Shown in pieces: positions 1 to 8,918 of a stretch of DNA of 64,000 bases. Source of the stretch: a virus; IMG/VR virus record IMGVR_UViG_3300003309_000009, positions 47,859-111,858 of that record. One strand, written 5' to 3'. Both the position numbers and the translations under genes were made by a program. The notes under the pieces were generated by a model that saw only the letters and a program-made list of their open reading frames with translations, did not search any database and was not told where the DNA came from. Position 1 is the first letter of the stretch. Each line of letters opens with the position of its first letter.

Positions 1-210
1 AATAGCAGTGGCTTCTTCAATTTTACCCATCGTTGCCTTTGCAATGGATTCAAAGCGACTTCTATCCACAGTTTTACTTTTGCCGGGAGATTCTTGTCTA
101 GAACCTTCCTTAGGAACAAGGTCTTTCTTAGGAATTTTATATACTTCCTCCAAACTCTTGCGTTTAATATCGGTATCTTTAATGATACGCGTATTTTTAT
201 CTTTAGCCAT
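1..210 (-). CDS. N-terminus of probable portal protein (phiKZ gp129-like), runs off the window start
   Basis: Not in the ORF track. Manual translation from ATG at 210: MAKDKNTRIIKDTDIKRKSLEEVYKIPKKDLVPKEGSRQESPGKSKTVDRSRFESIAKATMGKIEEATAI, open to base 1, with AAGGA upstream. It is divergent from the gp128-like gene, as recalled for phiKZ. The portal call rests on synteny only. Confidence 0.55.
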   Translation of the reverse strand, partial: MAKDKNTRIIKDTDIKRKSLEEVYKIPKKDLVPKEGSRQESPGKSKTVDRSRFESIAKATMGKIEEATAI

Positions 211-318
211 TTTTCAATGTCCTTAACCTTATATACATGCGGTATAGTTTTTATTAATTGAGCTTTTAAATTAATATAAGCTATTACCAAAAAATACTTT
301 TACTGCTCGGAGTAACTC

Positions 319-3300
319 ATGCTAACTAACGATTATAAACTTTATGTCGATAGCATTATCCTACTAACCCGCAGTCTTGTAATTAAATCTACACAGACTA
401 TTGACGCCCTAAATAGATATTTACAAGATCGTAACGAATTTGTTGACCTAAATGACCCCACCAGCTGGAAATATTATTTAAATTTATCAGGTGAGTATCA
501 TTACTCCGATACTCCGATGGAAATTCTATCATTAGATACCCCCGGAGTTACAATACCATTTGATAAAGATTTAAAAGTTAATCATCCATTAACCTATAGT
601 GAATATTTAACCTATGGGCGCTTTTATAATGAGCTGGTAGATAAATACCCTGAACAAGAAGAACTCATTAATGGTATCTTAAAACCGATTGATATTAATG
701 AAGCCATAGATGCTAAGGATTACACTATCCTACAGTATGATAGTCGCTATGTTGGTGCGGGTGAGACTTCGCTAATCAACGACTTACAGGAATGGATATG
801 GTCTTATGAAGCCCGCTGGGATAACAAGGCTTATAATGAGACGGACCCGCTATATGGTGCAACCATCATTGGTATCCTTTATAGTCATATCCCTGGTAAA
901 ATCATTAACCTACGATTAGCTAGTTGTAAAACCCCACAGGCCCATGAATATCATATTTGGAATTACCTCAGTGGTTATTATAACCTAGGGGATTTTAAAG
1001 ATAGGATCCACCACGCGCAGGCCCTGTGGTTATACCGCAACATGGAATTCTTAGTTAATAATGCTGGTTTAGAATCTACGCTGGATTTATTACATGAAGA
1101 CTTCTGTAAACCTTATGGGTTAACACTAGATCGCATTACATTACAAAAGTCTAATGATACGCTATTAAGTACATTAAAACATGAGCCAATCGCCAGTATC
1201 ACAGCACTTAATGATGATGGTGTCATCACTGATGCTTCAAATAGCATTGAGATTGATGATTTACTTAAGCGTATGCGTAGTGAAGCACTGCTGAATAGTG
1301 AAAATGAAGAAGCGCATGTTAAGCTATTAAAGAACCGTATTCTTCAATCCGAAGCCACGGCTATTCCAACAGGTATAATGGAGGCTAATGTAACAACTGC
1401 TGCATCGGCCCTTTATGTCGATAGTGTTGATGAACATTTTGCTCACTGGTTTTATCTATCGAGCGTTGGTTTATTTCCTTATAAATTTACCATTGAGATC
1501 CCGGGTAGGGATGCGGTTGTAGTAAGCTCATCTGAAGCAATTGCTATTTTGCTATTTTGTGCAATGCGTTACCAATCGATTCCCCTTAACACCATCCCAG
1601 TTATTCAAGTAAAGGATATCATGCGTACCCCTGCAGGTATTACGGATGCTGACTTAACCGGATTGGTTGAAAAGCACTTCATTAGTCAGGAGCGTATCGA
1701 TGACGTTAAGCGCGATATTGTTGAACCAAAGCAAGTACTTAGTGTACCGGAGTTTAAAGCTCATGTTGATGAAGTATTAAAACGCAAAGTCTTACATCGT
1801 CTATTTGTTACAAATGAAAAGGGATCAACCGGTAGGGCGGAGTTAAGAAGACTCACGGATATGTTCTACTTTAATCATGAATGTAGCTTTACTAGTTTTT
1901 CAGATTACCCTGCATTCTTTTTAAATATTCAAACCGATCTTAATGGATTAAGTGGCGCAGATTATGCAAACTTAGCAGAATCTATTGTTAATCATTTTGT
2001 TGGTCTTGTTCGTGAAGAGAATGGACTGGCAAGTCCGTATTATGAAATGGTTGAGATTGTTAAAATTCTTTCTAGTTACACGGTGAACATTATCCCCGGT
2101 GTAGGTAGTGAATCGTTTGAATCGATAGAGTGGGCTTTCCTATACCCGTGTTTGGAAATTGAAGAGTTAATCCATGACCAAGTTATAACACATAAAACTG
2201 TTGTAACCAATACAGAAGACCATGAGATTGATATCTTAACTGATGACGAAGACGACGGTCTACAACTGGAAGTACTTCAAGAACAGGAAGTAGGTGCTCA
2301 AATGGAAGTGGGTATTGAAATTGGTAATGAGCAGGAAATTGAAAAGGATAGAGTACTGCTAACAAACATTGACCTTAAAATTGAAGAAGAAATTACTGGC
2401 GAATCACTCGGTAATAAATCAGTTGTTCCTGGTCAAACGCATGCGTGGGCTGGTGAAACGAATAACGCAAGTTATTACAGTGCTGGTGCATATCTAACCA
2501 ATAGTGCTAACAGCAGCTATGTGCAAGGTGCGGCAGAAACAACCTTTTTCGATAGCTTTAGTCTATTTGCAACACTATCTCAGCCTGTAGGAGCTGGTCC
2601 GGCACCATTAACAAGTAATGCCTATGTTGGTATGTGTTTTGTTGGGCAGGATCTAGCTAGCCGTACCGCGCCACTACCGCCATATTATTTCAGAGTAAAG
2701 GACACTTCCGAAATAGAAATGCCAGATGGCTCTGGTGGTACAATCGCTATTCCATTAACGGCTGGTCCTAAACATGTTGAAATACATAGAACCATTGACA
2801 CTAGTGGTCCTGAGCCCGTAGTTAATGTAGAGTACATTGTAGATGATAATGTCGTTAATCAGTACACCGATGAATTAGCGTTGCCTGCACGATTGATCGT
2901 ACATGGATGGGATGGACTCTTCATCGGAGGACTATATGTGGTAGGAAGTGATGCTACTGAAAGTTCTGCTGGTCCTTATGATGCTATTATTATTCCCGGT
3001 GTTACACATAGTTGGAATACAAGCGATGCACTTGTTCCCGCTAATTACATGGCGGGCTCTGTTGACATTGGTGCATCAGGGTCAGTTTATAACTGGTGGC
3101 GCTACGGCGGTCGTGTTGATGATCCAGAAGCCATTCTCTATGGAGACTTTGAATTATCATTTAAGGTTGCTGATGATGGTATTGTATCACCCACAGGTGT
3201 TCGTGCCCATGTAGGTTTGCAAACAGTACCCGATAGAAACAAAGCTAAATTCCATAGTTATAATTTCTTTAACTATTCATTTGTCACAGGTGCTGTTAGT

Positions 3301-4419
3301 GCCGGTAGAGAAGAATATGGTTTGGAGACTGGATCCCCTAGTAATATTCAGATAGCAAGTTCATTCCAGCCATCGGATGTATTTAAGATGCGTAGGACAG
3401 GAACAGTCTATGAATATATTCACAATGGAAATGTAGTTTATAGCTTTGATACCGGTAACCGCTTTTCAGTGACACCGCCATTAATGTTGAACATTGTTTC
3501 TGGTAACGGTATTAAACTTACTGATATGTCAATTAAGACAGTAAGTAAGGATAAGCTTGGAATTACTAATGAACACTGGGAGCCTGGTAACCTATTTAAT
3601 AACGGTGAGAACGGCGCTCTATTAGACATTGCCCTTTCTAACTTCCAGAGTCTACCAGGTAGTGCCAATGATCTTACCTTTGGCTCTATTAGTGTAGTTG
3701 AAGATGCATCGGGTAATAACAACAGTTGGCTACAAAACAACACTAGCTTTAGACCTAATGTTAATCGTAAAGATGGACTATATGGGTATAATAAAAACAT
3801 GCCACATGTAGATATGAATCCTATCGTTAGTAAAAATAGTGATTATACGGTCTGGTGCGTGGGTGAAATTCAACCAGGTTCTGGTGGGTTAAACGACGTG
3901 CAGGCGTTAGTGGGTGGTCGACTAGAGTATACCGTGGGATCTTCACAGGGTCAAGAAACACGTACGAACTTCAATGCTGATTTTGCGCATTTCATTGGCC
4001 TACATGAATCAGGTAGTAGTCCTAGACATTGGGCCGCTGGCAGAATCAACAATACGTTAAGTTATGTAGCTGATTGGGGTACGGGTGTTGGCTTTGAAAG
4101 ACAGTACAATGATGGTACAACAGTCCCATTCTTTGATAACAGAGTGCTTATTGGTTTTAGTATTGATCATACTAACGGCACGCATACTGTCCATATACCA
4201 AGTCATGGTATCAAGGAAGTCTTCCCACTAGACTTAAACCTAGTTGCAAATATTAGGGATCTTAATATCTTCCATGATCCATTGCAGCAGAATATCTCTA
4301 CCGCGGAGCGTAACCGAAATGCACAGGTGCAGCAAGCCGGTGTTATTGACAGAGTTCTAACAGATGCGGAATGGGATAGTCTACTACTTTACGCTAAGCG
4401 ATATTTAGCCATTAAATAA
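319..4419 (+). CDS. Virion baseplate protein (gp128-like N-terminal ~690 aa) with a long beta-rich C-terminal extension
   Basis: N-terminal motif WKYYLNLSGEYH..D..M...SLDT and HEYHIWNYL resemble phiKZ gp128 family members. The C-terminal ~670 aa are G/N/S/W-rich and internally repeated. Confidence 0.75.
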   Translation: MLTNDYKLYVDSIILLTRSLVIKSTQTIDALNRYLQDRNEFVDLNDPTSWKYYLNLSGEYHYSDTPMEILSLDTPGVTIPFDKDLKVNHPLTYSEYLTYGRFYNELVDKYPEQEELINGILKPIDINEAIDAKDYTILQYDSRYVGAGETSLINDLQEWIWSYEARWDNKAYNETDPLYGATIIGILYSHIPGKIINLRLASCKTPQAHEYHIWNYLSGYYNLGDFKDRIHHAQALWLYRNMEFLVNNAGLESTLDLLHEDFCKPYGLTLDRITLQKSNDTLLSTLKHEPIASITALNDDGVITDASNSIEIDDLLKRMRSEALLNSENEEAHVKLLKNRILQSEATAIPTGIMEANVTTAASALYVDSVDEHFAHWFYLSSVGLFPYKFTIEIPGRDAVVVSSSEAIAILLFCAMRYQSIPLNTIPVIQVKDIMRTPAGITDADLTGLVEKHFISQERIDDVKRDIVEPKQVLSVPEFKAHVDEVLKRKVLHRLFVTNEKGSTGRAELRRLTDMFYFNHECSFTSFSDYPAFFLNIQTDLNGLSGADYANLAESIVNHFVGLVREENGLASPYYEMVEIVKILSSYTVNIIPGVGSESFESIEWAFLYPCLEIEELIHDQVITHKTVVTNTEDHEIDILTDDEDDGLQLEVLQEQEVGAQMEVGIEIGNEQEIEKDRVLLTNIDLKIEEEITGESLGNKSVVPGQTHAWAGETNNASYYSAGAYLTNSANSSYVQGAAETTFFDSFSLFATLSQPVGAGPAPLTSNAYVGMCFVGQDLASRTAPLPPYYFRVKDTSEIEMPDGSGGTIAIPLTAGPKHVEIHRTIDTSGPEPVVNVEYIVDDNVVNQYTDELALPARLIVHGWDGLFIGGLYVVGSDATESSAGPYDAIIIPGVTHSWNTSDALVPANYMAGSVDIGASGSVYNWWRYGGRVDDPEAILYGDFELSFKVADDGIVSPTGVRAHVGLQTVPDRNKAKFHSYNFFNYSFVTGAVSAGREEYGLETGSPSNIQIASSFQPSDVFKMRRTGTVYEYIHNGNVVYSFDTGNRFSVTPPLMLNIVSGNGIKLTDMSIKTVSKDKLGITNEHWEPGNLFNNGENGALLDIALSNFQSLPGSANDLTFGSISVVEDASGNNNSWLQNNTSFRPNVNRKDGLYGYNKNMPHVDMNPIVSKNSDYTVWCVGEIQPGSGGLNDVQALVGGRLEYTVGSSQGQETRTNFNADFAHFIGLHESGSSPRHWAAGRINNTLSYVADWGTGVGFERQYNDGTTVPFFDNRVLIGFSIDHTNGTHTVHIPSHGIKEVFPLDLNLVANIRDLNIFHDPLQQNISTAERNRNAQVQQAGVIDRVLTDAEWDSLLLYAKRYLAIK

Positions 4420-4433
4420 GGTTGGGTGATTTT

Positions 4434-4910
4434 ATGCAAACTTCATTATCGGTTTTAATCATTCATAATGATGACGATATCTTAAAGGGGGTGGCTATTA
4501 GATTAGCCACCAAATTCGATCCAAATGAATATTGGAAAATTCCAGGCAATGCTTATAAGGAAAGTGACTTTGCACAATACTGGAGTACCGATGAGATTAT
4601 GGATCTTTCAAAAAATAACACAAGGCCTATCGCATGGGGCATTGCTGCAGAATGTGATGAGATCTTTATTGAATTAGTTAGACGTTTTAAAAGTAATGGA
4701 TTGCAGAATGATCTATTCTTTGCGTACTGGTTAGGAATCGATCTACCTACATGGAAACGTTTTTCTGTTGCTTGTGATATACGGATATTAGAAGATATGG
4801 ATATTACAAAAGATCCCATGGAGGGTCTATTGGAGGGGTATAATTTATCACCACGTCCCATCTACTCTAAAGAAACCTTAGAGCAACTGCATCGCCAGGT
4901 TCTTGGTTAA
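4434..4910 (+). CDS. Hypothetical protein
   Basis: ORF track 4422..4910. The ATG at 4434 (MQTSL) follows GGGTGA, and the gene is packed between 4419 and the next gene. Confidence 0.7.
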   Translation: MQTSLSVLIIHNDDDILKGVAIRLATKFDPNEYWKIPGNAYKESDFAQYWSTDEIMDLSKNNTRPIAWGIAAECDEIFIELVRRFKSNGLQNDLFFAYWLGIDLPTWKRFSVACDIRILEDMDITKDPMEGLLEGYNLSPRPIYSKETLEQLHRQVLG

Positions 4911-4992
4911 TACGACTATCCAATTGTATAATTAATTCCCTAGGTCATGGCTATAAGCCTTGCCATTTATAATTTTATTAAAGAGAAAGAAT

Positions 4993-5835
4993 ATGTCTGA
5001 CAATTCTGTAAAAACTATTCATCATACAAAGCTAGAATTATTAGAACGTCTTAAGATTGCCTTTGCGGTTGATCAGTATTCTACGCTAAATGAAAAGTTT
5101 AATATTTTAACCAGTGAAAGTGTACCTGCTGATGAATATCCTAGCATTGGATACATTGCCATTGGCCGTGGTGGTCATAGAAACGCGGTTGGTGTAGGCG
5201 ATCAAGGTTTAACTGACACAATCGAGCACAGTCCTACTGATGCTGCTTTAAAGGAACATATGCCATTCATCATGCGTGAAGTAGCCAATGATCTTTCAGT
5301 TGCAGAGCGTGAGAAATATAGAGTTCGTGTTGAACAAGATATTAATGGTACAATGTATGCGCTATATTACTTGCGCAAAATGGATTTTGTTTCAAGTAAT
5401 ACAGAAACACGTGTGATCGAAGTGGCGAATGGTGTTATTACTTCAGATGAAGAATATGTACCATCTGTAACTAACTTAGATCCACCTATGGTACTTGTGA
5501 GCAATACGTTGCCTAATGGTACTGATGGTAGATTTATTGTTGTTAAAGCTAATATCTCAATGGAATTAGATTCTTCTGATATTCAAGAGATTATTAATGC
5601 AGTACGCATCCTTCATAACAATGATTTGCGCTATGCTACTATTTCAGAGGTAGGTATTGTATCTGGTTTTGAAAAAGATATCACTGGTGGTTTTAAAGAA
5701 CTTACCCACGCCCAGATTATGAACTTCGTTAGTACCCATCAGCCGCTACAGTTCTCACCTACTCGTGTTAAACTAAGCTACAGCCTATCTAACACATTCC
5801 GCCTATTGCCAACTATTGGCAGTGTTACACCGTAA
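4993..5835 (+). CDS. Virion structural protein (gp127-like)
   Basis: Motifs GYIAIGRGGH, HSPTDAALKEHMPFIMRE and DLSVAEREKYRVR..YALYYLRK are typical of this chimallivirus family. Likely start is MSDNS at 4993. Confidence 0.7.
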   Translation: MSDNSVKTIHHTKLELLERLKIAFAVDQYSTLNEKFNILTSESVPADEYPSIGYIAIGRGGHRNAVGVGDQGLTDTIEHSPTDAALKEHMPFIMREVANDLSVAEREKYRVRVEQDINGTMYALYYLRKMDFVSSNTETRVIEVANGVITSDEEYVPSVTNLDPPMVLVSNTLPNGTDGRFIVVKANISMELDSSDIQEIINAVRILHNNDLRYATISEVGIVSGFEKDITGGFKELTHAQIMNFVSTHQPLQFSPTRVKLSYSLSNTFRLLPTIGSVTP

Positions 5836-5841
5836 TATGGT

Positions 5842-6405
5842 ATGGGTGAAAAAAGAAATATCAGAATCATAGGTCTTGACCCCGGTACTAAAACAACCGG
5901 GGTTGTTATTTTAGATTATGATTTTGATAATCCGTTTGATATTAAGCCTGTGTTTGTAGAAACCATTCAATCTAAATTATCTCTACGTAACCTAAAAGGT
6001 CTTGCTGGATTGAATGGAGAGCGTTTTGGCCTTATAAAGACAGTCGGTGTTCAATTATACCGATTATTAGATATCTATAAACCCGACTTTGTTGTTGCTG
6101 AATCTTCATACAGTGGGAGCTTTGCTACTACGTTTCAGGCATTATCAGAACTAATGTTTGAAATTAAACAAAGTGTATATGACTACAGTCCCATTACTCA
6201 GGTTAATGTTATTGATCCCGCCAGCGTTAAAAAGTTTATGGGCGTCAAAGGTAACTCTAATGATAAGGACCTTATGACAAAAGCGCTAAATTCCTATTTG
6301 AAAAAACTAGGGATAACTTTCAACGTTAATCAAATAGATGAGCATTCAGTAGATGCCTTTTGCATCGCCTTATATCTACATGCACAATTAGTGGGATCTG
6401 AATAA
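5842..6405 (+). CDS. ruvC: Holliday junction resolvase, RuvC-like
   Basis: IIGLDPGTKTTG, VVAES and DEHSVDAFCIA supply the RNase H-fold catalytic D/E/D residues. Confidence 0.9.
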   Translation: MGEKRNIRIIGLDPGTKTTGVVILDYDFDNPFDIKPVFVETIQSKLSLRNLKGLAGLNGERFGLIKTVGVQLYRLLDIYKPDFVVAESSYSGSFATTFQALSELMFEIKQSVYDYSPITQVNVIDPASVKKFMGVKGNSNDKDLMTKALNSYLKKLGITFNVNQIDEHSVDAFCIALYLHAQLVGSE

Positions 6406-6447
6406 GATCCCTTTTATTTAGGACCTTAAAATGAGTACAGAAACAAT

Positions 6448-6627
6448 ATGAATACTTTATCTTTAAATGACCAAGACCATGGTACAAAGACCATGGAGAA
6501 CCATGGTAGCTCTAAACGTGTATTCCCGCATAAAACATATGTATGGGAAAAGATAGGACCTGGATGTTCAGAGAAAATAGGTGCAGGTAGTGGTGATTAT
6601 CCAGCTGAAGGATGGGAGGGTTTCTAA
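6448..6627 (+). CDS. Small 59-aa ORF missed by the track
   Basis: MNTLSLNDQDHGTKTMENHGSSKRVFPHKTYVWEKIGPGCSEKIGAGSGDYPAEGWEGF fills the gap between ruvC and 6628. Its stop abuts the next ATG. Confidence 0.55.
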   Translation: MNTLSLNDQDHGTKTMENHGSSKRVFPHKTYVWEKIGPGCSEKIGAGSGDYPAEGWEGF

Positions 6628-7257
6628 ATGGACTCGCTTAAATCTGAAATTGCCCACATCATGGGACCAGCGTGGGAGATGATTACTCACTTTGCAGGCT
6701 TCTTTGCATATATGGTTTATATCTCAATTGCGTTGTTCATTGATATCGGTAAGCCTTCGATTCTGGCCTCTACGGAAACAGTTCCCTCTGGTAGTTTAAA
6801 ACTTATGGAATTGTTTTCAACAGTTGATGGGCATGTTTATTTCCTTACAGTAAATTTAGAAGATTTACTTAAGATTACTATTCTTGTTATTACTTTTTTA
6901 GCACTGTTAGTTCAGATATCATGGCAGGCTGTTCGCTTTCTAAGAAGAAAGTATTATGAACGTGCTATATGTAATCGAAGGAAGGAAGACAGAAATCAGT
7001 CTAAAATAGACACAGAGGCTATTTTAGAAGAACTTAGTAGACTTAGATCCATTGTCGATAAAAACCAGTCTGAGGGCGTTATAGAGCCTTCTAGAGATGA
7101 AGATGGGAATGTTCTCAAAGATGCATCAGTAAATCATGAAATAGACTCCCCAGAAGTAGAGTATGTCTTCAACGAGGAAGAAGTACCGGAGATAGTAGAA
7201 GTATCTGATGTGGTAGGTGAAAGTGATTCTAGTAAAAAAAAAATAAAGGCACTATAA
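6628..7257 (+). CDS. Membrane protein with two hydrophobic segments and an acidic C-terminal tail
   Basis: Hydrophobic stretches FAGFFAYMVYISIALFIDI and ILVITFLALLVQISW, followed by RRK and an E/D-rich tail. RBS GGGAGG. Confidence 0.75.
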   Translation: MDSLKSEIAHIMGPAWEMITHFAGFFAYMVYISIALFIDIGKPSILASTETVPSGSLKLMELFSTVDGHVYFLTVNLEDLLKITILVITFLALLVQISWQAVRFLRRKYYERAICNRRKEDRNQSKIDTEAILEELSRLRSIVDKNQSEGVIEPSRDEDGNVLKDASVNHEIDSPEVEYVFNEEEVPEIVEVSDVVGESDSSKKKIKAL

Positions 7258-7282
7258 AAGAGAGTCCCTAGGGACTCTCTTT
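7257..7282. terminator. Bidirectional terminator, perfect 26-bp palindrome
   Basis: AAAGAGAGTCCCTAGGGACTCTCTTT lies between convergent genes. Confidence 0.85.
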
Positions 7283-7296
7283 ATGTTTGGAAAATA

Positions 7297-8898
7297 TTAA
7301 AGTTGGAACTCAATAGTTTTAGAAATTGAAGGATTACCGAAGCCCTGCCAGTTCACCATATAAATGTTACCAGCGTTATCTGATAGATAGAAGAAGTCTA
7401 CAATTTCTAACGCTTTATGCAACATCTCTTGCATCAAAGATTTAAACTTATCATTGCTTGAGATAATTTCACAACGGGTTGAAGAATAATGAGTTACTTC
7501 ATCAACATATAAGACCGGCACAGTTTGACCAATGTTAATATGACCAATTTTAGCACTGTCATCTTCGCATAGTAGGCTAACAGTTAATGTTTCCATTAAC
7601 ATAAGGAATCGCTGATAGAAAGCACTACGAGCAGCAGGACCATATTGATCCTGGATGATTTTCATAATCTCAGAATAGGTAGTAAAGAATGATGGTAGGC
7701 TAATTGTAGTATCGCTACCCATCGTTGCCTTAATTGCCATATTCATATGACGAGTAATAATGCGATCGAAAACAGACTGAACATTAACGCCAGATTCAGT
7801 TTGAATATGATTAAGATCAGTGATCAAACCGTCGATAGTTTTAACATCAATATCATCACTACAAATACATTCGCTGATAGCACGATTAATATCATCAATG
7901 GTCTGACTTAAGTCAGTAACCGCATTGTCTTGGTTATCTTTTAACTTAACATAGGGACTGCATAAATTTGATGTAACATAGCGGAACATGTATCCATCAA
8001 ACGGAGGCAGTTCATGTACTTCACCATCAGTAGTTTTTACTTCACTTGTATGAGGAATGAAGTTCACAATGTTATTAAAACAAGGGCGCGCTGTGATACC
8101 ATCGACAATATACTCATCGCCAACAAGACTACCTTCTAATTCAATTGAGAATGCTGGCTGTTCTTCTGCTTCTACAGCCATCTCTTGTTTAATTTCTTCA
8201 ACCACCGGGTCAGCCGGTTTACCTTTGTTAAATGAACCGAAGTAGGGTTTATGATCGGCTTCTTTCATTTCTGTTTCCTTTTCCTGGGTTGTTGTAAAAT
8301 CTGACATATCAAATTCACCCGTCTCCACCGGAGCTTTTCGGTATGCTGTAGGAGCTGCGTTTTGATTTACTACATTAGAGTTGTTATTAGACTGCTGCCA
8401 TGTCTGTTTAGCATGACGATTGTTATTCTGGACATCATGGAAATTGTCATAGAAGTTGCCATTATTAACACCGACTTGCTGACCACGACCACCAGCACGA
8501 ACATCAACATGTTGGCTATTATAGAAGCCACCGCTATTATCTTGAGGAAGACCATAACTTCCGCTATTATGGAACGGTTGATCTGCCTGTACGCCTGCTG
8601 CAATAGCGTGTTCCAGATCCTGAAGTGCATTCATAGCAGCTTGGGTTGTCTGGAAATTAACACCCTGGGGGTGAAGAATTCTATGGAAGAAAGCACTAAC
8701 GATCGCACAGGCATAATTCCCCACTGTATCTGGGGTCATATTCTGAGCGATGCCTGTATAAAACATTCCGTGGATAAGATAATCCCGTACGACCGCCATT
8801 TCATTAGGTAGGGCATTTGCATACCGTTCCATATTTAAATTTCTTACCACCTGTGGTAGAATGCTATCTACCGATCTTGTGACATTTTGAATGTCCAT
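7297..8898 (-). CDS. Conserved hypothetical protein downstream of the nvRNAP subunit, with a Q/N/G-rich linker
   Basis: 533-aa ORF in the same operon as 8919..10514, low-complexity around aa 105-185. Confidence 0.75.
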   Translation of the reverse strand: MDIQNVTRSVDSILPQVVRNLNMERYANALPNEMAVVRDYLIHGMFYTGIAQNMTPDTVGNYACAIVSAFFHRILHPQGVNFQTTQAAMNALQDLEHAIAAGVQADQPFHNSGSYGLPQDNSGGFYNSQHVDVRAGGRGQQVGVNNGNFYDNFHDVQNNNRHAKQTWQQSNNNSNVVNQNAAPTAYRKAPVETGEFDMSDFTTTQEKETEMKEADHKPYFGSFNKGKPADPVVEEIKQEMAVEAEEQPAFSIELEGSLVGDEYIVDGITARPCFNNIVNFIPHTSEVKTTDGEVHELPPFDGYMFRYVTSNLCSPYVKLKDNQDNAVTDLSQTIDDINRAISECICSDDIDVKTIDGLITDLNHIQTESGVNVQSVFDRIITRHMNMAIKATMGSDTTISLPSFFTTYSEIMKIIQDQYGPAARSAFYQRFLMLMETLTVSLLCEDDSAKIGHINIGQTVPVLYVDEVTHYSSTRCEIISSNDKFKSLMQEMLHKALEIVDFFYLSDNAGNIYMVNWQGFGNPSISKTIEFQL

Positions 8899-8918
8899 CC
8901 CATTCTCTCCAATTTATT

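Noticed and set aside
8-226. Plus-strand 72-aa ORF in the track
   Set aside because: Antisense shadow of the minus-strand ORF starting at 210, which has an RBS and fits the portal position.
7234-7243. A10 run at the end of the 6628..7257 gene as a slippage site
   Set aside because: A terminator follows immediately and there is no downstream frame to enter; the run is part of the duplicated cassette.
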